Made by a program: the position numbers and the translations under genes
Notes under the pieces: generated by a model
Seen by the model: the letters and a program-made list of their open reading frames with translations, nothing else
Databases searched by the model: none
What the model was told of the DNA's origin: nothing
From: an uncultured Gammaproteobacteria bacterium
GTDB lineage: Bacteria > Patescibacteriota > Microgenomatia > UBA10105 > UBA927
Direction: 5' to 3'
DNA: 64,000 nucleotides
Assembly: GCA_964573695.1 (NCBI GenBank)
Contig: CAZNKB010000001.1
Location: 132,497 to 196,496, forward strand
Shown here: one piece after another, positions 9,899-19,332 of the stretch
Position numbering within the stretch: position 1 is the first letter of the stretch
Layout: the number at the start of each line of letters is the position of its first letter

Positions 9899-10639
9899 AT
9901 GGGTTTCTTGAAAAAATATTGGTATTTAATGCTGGTTACCATAATTACGGTGGGTATTGGCGTGGTAGCCTACTTGACCAGCACCAAACTGGAGCAACAG
10001 CAACCGGTGGCTCCGACCGTACCACAGGTCACGCCGAAAGCCAGCGATATCAACTGCAAACTTGTCTTTAGCATAGGTACGGAACCCACACCGACCCCGA
10101 CACCGACGGTTGGACCGTCGCCAACACCGACCCCAACACCGTCGCCAACACCGACAGCGACACCGGGACCGACGGCTACACCGACACCGACCACGCCAGC
10201 CAACAATACGAAGCCGGAGTGTACGGATCTCACGGTCGAACCGGCAACCGGCACTGTGCCCTACACCGTCACCCTCACCTGTACCGGAAAGGATGAGGAC
10301 GGAGATATAACCGCAGCCGAATTTACCATGCCGGACGGATCCAAGAAACTTGTTGAACAAAACGTGGGAAGTCCGGGGTCACTGACCACCACATACACGG
10401 TCACCACCGGTGGTGCGTATAGCTTCTCCTGTCAGGTACGGGACAACAACAACGCCTGGATATCAAGCGATGCCTGTCGGGTGTCCGCCGGTCCGACGCC
10501 TCCTGGACCGACAGCGACACCTGCCCCGGTCGCCGTCAATCCGACGCCGAAAGTACCGGTGGCTGGAGTTCCCTCGGTACTGGGAGCGAGTGTGGTTGCC
10601 GGAGGCGTACTCCTCTTACTTCTGGGATTGGTGTTTTAA
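9899..10639 (+). CDS. Exported PKD-like domain protein with PT repeats and LPXTG-like anchor
   Basis: TM, TPKAS, long (PT)n linker, PKD-like beta domain with Cys pairs, VPVAG + TM. Confidence 0.7.
   Translation: MGFLKKYWYLMLVTIITVGIGVVAYLTSTKLEQQQPVAPTVPQVTPKASDINCKLVFSIGTEPTPTPTPTVGPSPTPTPTPSPTPTATPGPTATPTPTTPANNTKPECTDLTVEPATGTVPYTVTLTCTGKDEDGDITAAEFTMPDGSKKLVEQNVGSPGSLTTTYTVTTGGAYSFSCQVRDNNNAWISSDACRVSAGPTPPGPTATPAPVAVNPTPKVPVAGVPSVLGASVVAGGVLLLLLGLVF
10078..10200 (+). repeat. Pro-Thr low-complexity coding repeat
   Basis: ccgacaccg/ccaacaccg units encoding TEPTPTPTPTVGPSPTPTPTPSPTPTATPGPTATPTPTTP. Confidence 0.8.
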
Positions 10640-10669
10640 AGGGGGTACCGTCACAAAACTCTATTCTGA

Positions 10670-11698
10670 TTATTTGAGTGACGATTTAACAAAGGCATGT
10701 ATTGCCTCGAAACTTTCCACAGGCAGTAGGACATACCTACCATACCAGGAACTGGGAGGCGTGTATAATTTGTCTTCAAGCGATATCCGCTGTGTCTGTT
10801 CTTTCGGGGTATTCATAAACAACTTACCCACCGTAAGCACTTCGCCGATATTCATGTCCATATCAGTAGCTTCGTCAAAAGCGCCATAAAGCTTCTCTGC
10901 CTGCTTCGGATTAAGATATACATCTTTGGATAATAACTTTGACTTGAGCGCGAGCAATACTTCCTGTTGTCTCCGGCCCCGTGCAAAGTCACTTCCTTCT
11001 TCCCCTTCAGCGTGTCGGCTTCGCACATATTTGAGCGCTGTATCACCATTCATCGTTTGCATCCCGGCTTCAAAGTGCAACGGCTCGTATCGACACCGAA
11101 GAAGCGGGTCTCCGTTACAAGGATCGTTTTCTTTTCCGGGGATCGGAAATTCTGAATCCGTGAAGCTTTTGGGCACGTTAATCTCCACCCCACCAGCCAA
11201 ATCTATAACTTTACGGAATCCCGAAAAATCCAAAACAAGCGCATATTGAATCGGAAGGCCGACCATATCGGAAACTATAGCCTTAGCGAGCACTAACCCT
11301 CCTCCCTTTTTCTTTATTTCCCCGTAATGATAGGCGCTGTTTACCTTATCTTTGAGAGTATCTGACCAGACGTCGCGGGGAAGCGAAATCATGGATAAAG
11401 TACGATTCTTTTCATGGAATGACAAAACGAGAATAGTATCGGTCAAATCCGTTCCTTCATGATTTCCTCCGGGGATACCCAGAAGTAATATATTTACTCT
11501 CCCCTCCATAGGGTGAAGGTTGGCGCCGGAATCAAAGATCAGGCGGGCAAGGGTTGTCGGGGTTATACCGGTCGTTTGCATAAAACGCAACGAAAACAAC
11601 ACGGCTTTTGCTGCAATAAACAAAACGAATGCTGCTGCCAACAAAAGTATGACAATCGATATCTTCGTGACGTGTCCCCGACGGATTCGTGATTCCAT
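10670..11698 (-). CDS. LytR-CpsA-Psr (LCP) family phosphotransferase
   Basis: NILLLG, TDTILV, SLPRD, KVNSAY, ALKYVRSRH and SDFARGRRQQ motifs. Confidence 0.93.
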   Translation of the reverse strand: MESRIRRGHVTKISIVILLLAAAFVLFIAAKAVLFSLRFMQTTGITPTTLARLIFDSGANLHPMEGRVNILLLGIPGGNHEGTDLTDTILVLSFHEKNRTLSMISLPRDVWSDTLKDKVNSAYHYGEIKKKGGGLVLAKAIVSDMVGLPIQYALVLDFSGFRKVIDLAGGVEINVPKSFTDSEFPIPGKENDPCNGDPLLRCRYEPLHFEAGMQTMNGDTALKYVRSRHAEGEEGSDFARGRRQQEVLLALKSKLLSKDVYLNPKQAEKLYGAFDEATDMDMNIGEVLTVGKLFMNTPKEQTQRISLEDKLYTPPSSWYGRYVLLPVESFEAIHAFVKSSLK

Positions 11699-11718
11699 AG
11701 GTTAGCAATACCAGAATA

Positions 11719-12375
11719 TTATAACGCGGCACTTATGAGCGCCTGAAATTTCTTGGGGTCCAAACTCGCCCCGCCGGGAAGCACACCGTCAATTGCGTCC
11801 ATAGCAACAAACCCCCGCACGTTCGTCTCAGTCACACTCCCCCCATAAATACACGTTGAAACGCCATGTGTTTGTTTGATCTTTTGTATCACGTTATTTG
11901 CATTTTCCGGAGTGTCTGTTTTACCGGTTCCGATTGCCCACACGGGCTCGTACGCGACGACCTGCACGCTACTGGGGATACTTGTGTGTTCATCCGGTAC
12001 GCAGTAAATAACGTTCAATCCCGCTTCGACGGCGCGCGTAACTTTCTGCTCAAGTATCGCATCGGTCTCACCGAAATTCTTTCTCCTCTCGGAGTGTCCT
12101 ATGATTACCCATTGAGCAAATTCCCGAACTTGTGAAGCGCTCACTTCCCCTGTGTACGCGCCGTTTTCATATGGCGAAATGTTCTGAGCTCCAAGCTGCC
12201 AATGTCTACCCTTACTCATAAGAACGTCGTGAAAAAACGAAAGGAGGGTAAACGGCACACACAACACAACCGTTGTATCCTTGGTGATACCTTCAAATTG
12301 TTCCACCCAGAATTTTGCTTCTGATAGCGTCTTATTACTTTTCCAATTCCCCGCGATAAAAAGCTTTTTGTTCAT
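11719..12375 (-). CDS. tpiA: Triosephosphate isomerase (shortened form)
   Basis: AGNWKSN, GAYTGEVS, IGHSERR, AYEPVWAIGTG, YGGSV and GGASL motifs; start placed at ATG 12375. Confidence 0.96.
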   Translation of the reverse strand: MNKKLFIAGNWKSNKTLSEAKFWVEQFEGITKDTTVVLCVPFTLLSFFHDVLMSKGRHWQLGAQNISPYENGAYTGEVSASQVREFAQWVIIGHSERRKNFGETDAILEQKVTRAVEAGLNVIYCVPDEHTSIPSSVQVVAYEPVWAIGTGKTDTPENANNVIQKIKQTHGVSTCIYGGSVTETNVRGFVAMDAIDGVLPGGASLDPKKFQALISAAL

Positions 12376-12391
12376 GCTACTATTATAGTCT

Positions 12392-14236
12392 ATGTCTGAC
12401 GACCTCCTCAATGATTTAAACCCCGATCAACGAGTTGCAGTCACCCATACCGACGGGCCGGTACTCATCCTGGCCGGAGCAGGCAGCGGCAAAACTCGGG
12501 TACTCACCTATCGGGTAGCTTATCTCATTACCAATCGCCACGTATCGCCCCACAATATCCTCATGGTCACATTCACCAACAAAGCTGCTGCGGCCATGAA
12601 AGAACGGATACGCGCGATAATCAAAACCAAGGATCTGCCGTATGCCGGCACATTTCATTCGTTGTGTGCCAAAATACTCCGGATTGACGGCAAAGAAATC
12701 GGTATACCCCCTAATTTTGTTATCTATGATGACGCCGACCAGATCGACGCCATAAAAGAAATCATGAAAAAATTTGATATTTCGGTTAAGAATTACAATC
12801 CGAGAGCCGTACTTGCCACTATATCTCAAGCCAAAAACGAGCTCATACCGGCACTTGAATATCCGCAATACGCCCGCGGCAACTTCCAGGAAACGGTAGC
12901 CCGGGTGTATTTGGGATACCAAAAACTACTATTGGAAAACGAAGCGCTCGATTTTGATGACCTGCTTATGAAGACAGTAACGCTATTCCAAAAACATCCG
13001 GAAATACTGGGGAAATACCAGGAAAAATATCATTACGTCTTGGTCGACGAGTATCAGGACACCAACAAAGCGCAATATATACTCACCAAGCTGCTAAGTG
13101 CACGCAGGCGTAATATTTGTGTGGTCGGAGATGCATCACAATCCATATATCGCTGGAGAGGGGCGGATTTTCGCAACATTACGAATTTCCGGTCAGACTT
13201 TCCCGAGACAGCGGTATTTAACCTGGAGCAGAATTACCGATCCACCCAAACGATATTAAACGCCGCGTATGGAGTCATCTCCAAAAACACATCACACCCG
13301 GTACTCAATCTCTGGACCGACAAAAAAGGCGGCGACCAGATCACTCTTTATGAAGCGCGAAATGAACAGGACGAAGCGACCTTTCTCATTCACACGATTC
13401 TTCAATCCGGCAAACCGTATTCGGATTTTGCTGTCCTTTACCGAACAAATGCACAATCCCGAGTACTGGAAGAAGCATTTCTTCACGCCGGGGTTCCCTA
13501 CACATTGGTCGGAGGAACACGATTTTATGAACGCAAGGAAATCAAAGACGTGCTTGCCTATTTACGATTGCTTTCCAATCCCAAGGACACCGTTTCATAT
13601 AACCGCATCGAGAAATTAGGGAAAGGCAGGCTTGCAAAATTTCTCTCTTTTGCCGAAAAAATCTCGAAAGACAACGCACTTATAGAGCACACGACGCTCG
13701 AACTTCTCGATTCGATAATCGAAGTCACCGGCTATCTGGACCTCTATGATGCAAATATCGAAGAAGAGGCCTATCGGCTGGAAAACATAAAAGAGCTGCG
13801 AAGTGTCGCGACGGAGTTTCCCTTCCTTTCGGAATTCCTGGAAAATGTCGCCCTGGTTGAACAGGAATATATCCCCAAAAACGTAAAAGATGCCAGCGGA
13901 CCCCGGGACGCCGTCACCCTTATGACACTTCATGCAGCCAAAGGACTTGAATTCCCCGTTGTGGCTATCGTGGGCATGGAAGAAGGAATATTTCCACACA
14001 GTCGATCCCTTATGGAAAAAGACGAAATAGAAGAAGAGCGTCGGCTCTGTTATGTTGGGATTACCCGGGCAAAAGATAAACTCTATCTTACCTATGCAAA
14101 CCGGCGGCTGTTTTTTGGTACCAGAACACAAAACATGATTTCGCGGTTTATAGCTGACATACCTGAATCAGTCATGAATATTCAGGTGTCGCTGGATGCA
14201 AATCGGGGATTTCGCGAAGACGATATGTTGCTTTAG
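12392..14236 (+). CDS. pcrA: ATP-dependent DNA helicase PcrA/UvrD
   Basis: AGAGSGKT, TFTNKAA, DEYQD, QSIYRWRGA, QNYRS, TLHAAKGLEF and EERRLCYVGITRA motifs. Confidence 0.93.
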   Translation: MSDDLLNDLNPDQRVAVTHTDGPVLILAGAGSGKTRVLTYRVAYLITNRHVSPHNILMVTFTNKAAAAMKERIRAIIKTKDLPYAGTFHSLCAKILRIDGKEIGIPPNFVIYDDADQIDAIKEIMKKFDISVKNYNPRAVLATISQAKNELIPALEYPQYARGNFQETVARVYLGYQKLLLENEALDFDDLLMKTVTLFQKHPEILGKYQEKYHYVLVDEYQDTNKAQYILTKLLSARRRNICVVGDASQSIYRWRGADFRNITNFRSDFPETAVFNLEQNYRSTQTILNAAYGVISKNTSHPVLNLWTDKKGGDQITLYEARNEQDEATFLIHTILQSGKPYSDFAVLYRTNAQSRVLEEAFLHAGVPYTLVGGTRFYERKEIKDVLAYLRLLSNPKDTVSYNRIEKLGKGRLAKFLSFAEKISKDNALIEHTTLELLDSIIEVTGYLDLYDANIEEEAYRLENIKELRSVATEFPFLSEFLENVALVEQEYIPKNVKDASGPRDAVTLMTLHAAKGLEFPVVAIVGMEEGIFPHSRSLMEKDEIEEERRLCYVGITRAKDKLYLTYANRRLFFGTRTQNMISRFIADIPESVMNIQVSLDANRGFREDDMLL

Positions 14237-14427
14237 GCGGTCAAGCGGAACACGAAAAGAACCAGACTCCCGAAAACTACACTTATCGCCATAATCATTT
14301 CCACGGCCAGAAAAAATTTTGCGACCCCACGAACATGACCGAAAGAAAAAATGGGGAATATCAAACGGCTGTCGATCGGCAACCAATGCAATGGAGGCTC
14401 TGATCGAATCGGTCGTTTTTGCTTCAT
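14233..14427 (-). CDS. Small putative membrane protein (64 aa)
   Basis: Fills the gap between pcrA and the first femAB gene; C-terminal TM; TACAAT -10 box 8 nt before ATG 14427. Confidence 0.45.
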   Translation of the reverse strand: MKQKRPIRSEPPLHWLPIDSRLIFPIFSFGHVRGVAKFFLAVEMIMAISVVFGSLVLFVFRLTA

Positions 14428-14471
14428 CGCACGATATTGTACCATACCCGCAAAAGCGCGATAATACATAT

Positions 14472-15479
14472 ATGCCGAAGGCCTCCCGAACAACCCAAAA
14501 ACCTCGCGAGCTCAACGAAAAAACCTGGAATGCACAGGCCGGCCATCCGCTGCAGTCATGGCAATGGGGTCGGTTTCGCGAGCACATGGGGATATCCCTT
14601 GTCCGACACAATGGCTGGCAACTCACATTTCATCGTATTCCCCATACGGGTTGGACCGTCGGCTATTTCCCAAAAGGGCCCAGGCCTACGCCCGCTATGC
14701 TCGAGCAGCTCAAAAAAATAGGCCGGGAACAAAAAGCCATATTTATCCAGTTGGAACCCGATGTCATCGCTCAGTCCCACCGTCCATTCTCCGGCATGCG
14801 CGATCTCGTACCATCTCATCATCCCCTGTTTACCAAATATACGTTTGTCTTCGATCTTACAAAATCCGAAGACGCTCTTCTGGCTGCTATGCATTCAAAG
14901 ACACGCTATAACCTTCGGATTGCACAAAAACACGGCGTGACGGTCCAGGAAGACAACTCAGACGAGGCTTTCGGAGAATATCTTCGCCTTTCACAAGAAA
15001 CTACCGGACGCCAGGGATTTTATGCACACGATGCCCATTATCACGAAGCGATGTGGTCAACTATGAAAAAAGCCGGTATTGCGCATCTGTTTACCGCGAA
15101 GTACCAGGAAAAGACGCTTGCCGCGTGGATTATTTTTTCCTGGAAAAAAACACTCTATTATCCCTATGGTGCATCGAGCAGGGATCATCGGGAGGTTATG
15201 GCGCCGACGCTCATGCTTTGGGAAATAGCGAAATGGGGCAAAGCCCACGGGTATCTGTCGTTTGATTTATGGGGAGCACTTGGCCCTTCGCCCAAGACAG
15301 GTGAACCGGATCCCCATGACCCGTGGTACGGATTTCATCGCTTTAAACAGGGATTCAATCCAACGCTCGTAGCGTATGCCGGATCGTTTGACCTTATACT
15401 CAGACCGTTCTTATACAAATTATATACGTGGGCAGATACCATACGCTGGATCCTCCTCAAAAAAAAGACTGACAAATAA
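14472..15479 (+). CDS. FemABX-family peptidoglycan bridge-formation aminoacyltransferase
   Basis: HPLQSWQWGRFR, YFPKGP, KTRYNLRIAQK, YPYGAS, FDLWG and GFHRFKQGF motifs; start placed at ATG 14472. Confidence 0.9.
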   Translation: MPKASRTTQKPRELNEKTWNAQAGHPLQSWQWGRFREHMGISLVRHNGWQLTFHRIPHTGWTVGYFPKGPRPTPAMLEQLKKIGREQKAIFIQLEPDVIAQSHRPFSGMRDLVPSHHPLFTKYTFVFDLTKSEDALLAAMHSKTRYNLRIAQKHGVTVQEDNSDEAFGEYLRLSQETTGRQGFYAHDAHYHEAMWSTMKKAGIAHLFTAKYQEKTLAAWIIFSWKKTLYYPYGASSRDHREVMAPTLMLWEIAKWGKAHGYLSFDLWGALGPSPKTGEPDPHDPWYGFHRFKQGFNPTLVAYAGSFDLILRPFLYKLYTWADTIRWILLKKKTDK

Positions 15480-15484
15480 TTCAC

Positions 15485-16312
15485 ATGGAAATTCAACAGT
15501 CGGCGTTTTATGCATCGTATATCCGTTCGCTCGGGTGGATAGTGGAAAAAATTGACGGTTGTTATGTTTTTATCAAACCATTTCCTCTCATTGGCGGATT
15601 AGCAAAAATCCAACGCGTGACCCGTCTCCCGAAGATACGCGCACTGCTCCCAATACTTCGCACCTATCGGGTACGTACACTCGCAATCGAACCGGACAAC
15701 CGCGTCAAACAACAAACGTTTACGAGTTGGTGTCGTAGAGCGGGTCGCTACATCAAACTTAATCGGGATTCGTTTATACCCACAAAAACAATCCGCGTTA
15801 ACGTACGGAAAGAAGAACATGAATTATTTTCTCAACTGAGTGAGGCAAAACGCAGGGCAGTTCGCCGCGCGCAAAAAAACGGCGTTACGGTCTCGGTTTC
15901 AATGGACATAGATGCGCTCATTCGCCTCAAAAACCGTTCGGCCGGATTTTTAGGATTTATCACTACGGCCGGAGCCCGTAAGCTATGGTCCGCTCTACCC
16001 GACGGAAAAAAGGCAATCTTACTAGCACGGAACCGGGACAAACACATAGTCGGAGGAATCATGCTTATTTGTTGGAATCATATTGCCTATTATTGGATAG
16101 CCGGCGCGCTCCCTTCAGGCAAAAAACTCTTTGCACCGACGCTGCTTGTATGGGAAGCTCTCAAGGAATCCAAGCGTCTCGGGTGTATCTCACTCGATTT
16201 CGTCGGCGTATGGGACGAGCGGCACCCGGACAAAAATCATGAATGGAAAGGGTTTACCAAATTTAAGGAGGGCTTCGGCGGAGAAACGCTGTATTACCCT
16301 ATCGTTTTCTAA
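15485..16312 (+). CDS. Second, shorter FemABX-family protein
   Basis: RRAVRRAQKNG, APTLLVWE, LDFVG and GFTKFKEGFGG motifs. Confidence 0.85.
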   Translation: MEIQQSAFYASYIRSLGWIVEKIDGCYVFIKPFPLIGGLAKIQRVTRLPKIRALLPILRTYRVRTLAIEPDNRVKQQTFTSWCRRAGRYIKLNRDSFIPTKTIRVNVRKEEHELFSQLSEAKRRAVRRAQKNGVTVSVSMDIDALIRLKNRSAGFLGFITTAGARKLWSALPDGKKAILLARNRDKHIVGGIMLICWNHIAYYWIAGALPSGKKLFAPTLLVWEALKESKRLGCISLDFVGVWDERHPDKNHEWKGFTKFKEGFGGETLYYPIVF

Positions 16313-16342
16313 ACCCCGAAAAAATTCGACTATCCCTCTTGT

Positions 16343-19303
16343 CTAGGACAAGCCGCAAAATAGCTTGTATTCGCAACGTTCGCATAATTGGTTATTCGAA
16401 CAATGAAAATCTGACTGCTCTATCTGTCTTGCTATATCGACGATAACGGCTTTTTCTTTTTCCAGCTGGTCAATCGATCGCGCAGTCGACATCTTGGTTT
16501 GTGTATCGAAAAAATATAACGACAGGATGATATCCCCGGGCTTTTTCCCAAAGGGAATGGCCGGTATCTCACTCGCTGCTAATGCATACATGGATAACTG
16601 TAAATTTGCATCTACCTCCCGCTTACTCGGCATACGGCCGGTTTTGTAATCGATAATCTCGATGCTCCCGTCGTTAAGGACATCGACGCGGTCAATTTTC
16701 CCGCCGATTTTTAGCGATTTGCCTTCATGGGAAATCGGAACCACAAACGGCTGCTCAAGCGCAGCTATTCTAGTTTCCGGCGAAAATTCCTTGTCAAAAT
16801 AATCCGAAAGATATTTTTCTCCCCGCTTTTTCATATCTATCTCGTACCGCTTGTTTTCATACCCTTCCTTGCGCCAGCGCGCTTCCAATCGTGCAAGGAG
16901 CAGGCTTTTTGTAACCTTTTTCCCTGACGAGTGAAGTTCATAAAAATCATATAACGCATCGTGAACACTGGTTCCGAACGAAAGTGACGCTGACGCAGGA
17001 GTCGGGATATTAAACACATACCGCAGTTTATAGTGGAGCGGGCAAAGCCTAAACGTTTCTATCTGTGAATAGGAAAGATAGGAAACCTCCACGGGCCTAG
17101 GCGTCGTGCTGGTATCGGCTTCAATCGGTCGAGAATCTTTTTTCCAGTCCAGAAGCGACATTTGTTTCGGTTGCAACTCCGGCGGCAGGATTGTATCCTT
17201 GCCTATCACTTCATAGACAAAGGGGGAAAGCTTCTTTTCCCGCTTTCCCTCCCCGTAATAATTAGCCCCGGTAAAAAACAAATAATCCCTGGCCCTCGTC
17301 ATACCTACATAGCATAGCCTCCGTTCTTCCTCTATGTGATAATCCCCTTCCGGTAGTTCTTCTTTGATAAGCGCTTCCGGAATGGGAATTGTCTCCTTGC
17401 GCTCGACGGTCGGAAATCGTGCAGACACGAGGTTAACCAGGAACACTACGGGAAATTCAAGCCCTTTTGCACCATGAACGGACAGGATGTTCACGGCATT
17501 GTTGGTCGTCCAGTCGGTATCGTTAGACAACGGCGACTCACCCAGCTCCATAGAAAGCTCGATCCAGTCGAGTACCGCCGTTACCCCTGCATCGCTGTGA
17601 TCCGTTTCGTACGTTTTGAGTTTGCTAAAAAATTTGGATATGTTATTGGCAATTTTCTCGTCAATCGGCGCGCTGTAATCCAAAATATTTTTCATCATGC
17701 CCGTGTCGGTGAGGAAATAAAACAACAGCTGTCCGGCACTCTCCCTGATAACCAACCCTAAATGCCGATGAATCATCTCGACAAGCTTGGATATTTTTTC
17801 TACGGAAGATTCCTCCATAACGGGAATCACCACATCCTCAAAGTGACGCACGCCGGCTATCACTTCTGCCGCCTCAAAAAGGGACATGTTTTTCTTTCTC
17901 GCCATGTTTGATACGACCGCTATATCACGAGCGGGAATAGCAAAATACTCCATGGAAAATATACGGAACAGGGAAATATTGTCTTCAAAATTATGAAGGA
18001 CCTTAAGATACGAGATAAGATCTTTTATCTCAGGCTGACGGAATAACTGCCCCGGACCCAAAAATTGATACGGTACATCATGGCGCTCTAACGCACGGAC
18101 AAATGGCTCTGCGTGATTGTTTGCACGGACCAAAATAGCTATATCCTTCCATTCAAATTTTTTGCCTTTCGTTTTTTCGGTTTCTGCCATGCGTTTTATT
18201 TCCTTGGCTACGGCGTCCGCTTCGTTTTCTATCCGGTCCGTATAAATCAATTTCGGCCATACACCGGCAATGGCGCGCTTGGAAACGAGCTTCTTGTTGA
18301 TATGCTCCTTCACCTCGAGTCTGTCAGGGTTATTATTCTGAATAAGCTGATACGACGCATCGAGAATTGATTGGGTAGAACGATAGTTTTGCGAAAGAAC
18401 AATCAGCTTGGCGTTGGGAAAATTCTTACGAAATGACAAGACGTTGGAGACGGCCGCTCCTCTAAATTTATAAATACTCTGGTCATCATCGCACACGGCC
18501 GTAATATGTTGCTTATCCCCGGCAAGCAGCCCGATAAGTTCGTTCTGCGCAATATTCGTATCCTGAAATTCGTCGACAAGGATATATCGGAACTGACGCT
18601 GATAAACTGAAAGAATATTTTTCCGCTGCCGGAAAAGCGAAAGTGTTTGTGTTATAAGATCACCAAAGTCCATGTATCCTTCACGAATTTTTATGTCCTG
18701 ATATTGTGTATATGCACGGGCTAACTCTTCATATTTTTTCATTTCCAATGCCTTTTCTTCGTCTGCGGGATCCACGTGTTTTTTTTGCTTGTTGACCCAT
18801 TCAAGATACTGAGCCGGTAACACATCTTCGTCCTGCAATCTGGAAAAATGCTGGAGCATGCCGCCAATAAATTTCGTCGGGTTGCCCAATGGTCGGAAAT
18901 ACTCGAGATCAAAATGAAAAAGATTTGCGCGGAACAGCATGACGGCCTCAGTATCGGTCATAAGCTTATAGGCGGGGTTGAGACCGACGTGAATCGCCTC
19001 CTGTCGGAGTAATCGGTCACAAAACCGATGAAAAGTAGAAATCCACATCTGCGTCACGCCATACGGCATGATCACATCGACACGCTCTTCCATTTCCCGA
19101 GCGGCTTTTTCGGTGAATGTAAGCGCCAGAATCTCAGACGGTTGAGCCTTCCCACCGGCGATGAGGTATTTAATCCGTTCGGTGACTACCGTCGTTTTCC
19201 CGGTTCCCGCCCCCGCAATGATAAGGAGCGGTCCGTCGCCAAAATGGACAGCTTCCTCTTGCTGTGCATTGAGCGAACGGGTGCCCGACGAAGATTGAGT
19301 CAT
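16343..19303 (-). CDS. UvrD-family helicase fused to a C-terminal PD-(D/E)XK nuclease (AdnAB/AddAB-like)
   Basis: SF1 helicase motifs (AGAGTGKT, DEFQD, HGAKGLEF); C-terminal SYSQIETFRLCP, GKIDRVD, IIDYKTG, QLSMYA and CERCEYKLFC. Confidence 0.9.
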   Translation of the reverse strand: MTQSSSGTRSLNAQQEEAVHFGDGPLLIIAGAGTGKTTVVTERIKYLIAGGKAQPSEILALTFTEKAAREMEERVDVIMPYGVTQMWISTFHRFCDRLLRQEAIHVGLNPAYKLMTDTEAVMLFRANLFHFDLEYFRPLGNPTKFIGGMLQHFSRLQDEDVLPAQYLEWVNKQKKHVDPADEEKALEMKKYEELARAYTQYQDIKIREGYMDFGDLITQTLSLFRQRKNILSVYQRQFRYILVDEFQDTNIAQNELIGLLAGDKQHITAVCDDDQSIYKFRGAAVSNVLSFRKNFPNAKLIVLSQNYRSTQSILDASYQLIQNNNPDRLEVKEHINKKLVSKRAIAGVWPKLIYTDRIENEADAVAKEIKRMAETEKTKGKKFEWKDIAILVRANNHAEPFVRALERHDVPYQFLGPGQLFRQPEIKDLISYLKVLHNFEDNISLFRIFSMEYFAIPARDIAVVSNMARKKNMSLFEAAEVIAGVRHFEDVVIPVMEESSVEKISKLVEMIHRHLGLVIRESAGQLLFYFLTDTGMMKNILDYSAPIDEKIANNISKFFSKLKTYETDHSDAGVTAVLDWIELSMELGESPLSNDTDWTTNNAVNILSVHGAKGLEFPVVFLVNLVSARFPTVERKETIPIPEALIKEELPEGDYHIEEERRLCYVGMTRARDYLFFTGANYYGEGKREKKLSPFVYEVIGKDTILPPELQPKQMSLLDWKKDSRPIEADTSTTPRPVEVSYLSYSQIETFRLCPLHYKLRYVFNIPTPASASLSFGTSVHDALYDFYELHSSGKKVTKSLLLARLEARWRKEGYENKRYEIDMKKRGEKYLSDYFDKEFSPETRIAALEQPFVVPISHEGKSLKIGGKIDRVDVLNDGSIEIIDYKTGRMPSKREVDANLQLSMYALAASEIPAIPFGKKPGDIILSLYFFDTQTKMSTARSIDQLEKEKAVIVDIARQIEQSDFHCSNNQLCERCEYKLFCGLS

Positions 19304-19332
19304 TGTGGGGTCATTATATCACTGGCTCACAC

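Noticed and set aside
16343-17100. Cas4-like Cys/PD-(D/E)XK domain as a CRISPR or defence gene
   Set aside because: It is the C-terminal domain of a UvrD-family helicase, an AddAB/AdnAB-type repair architecture.
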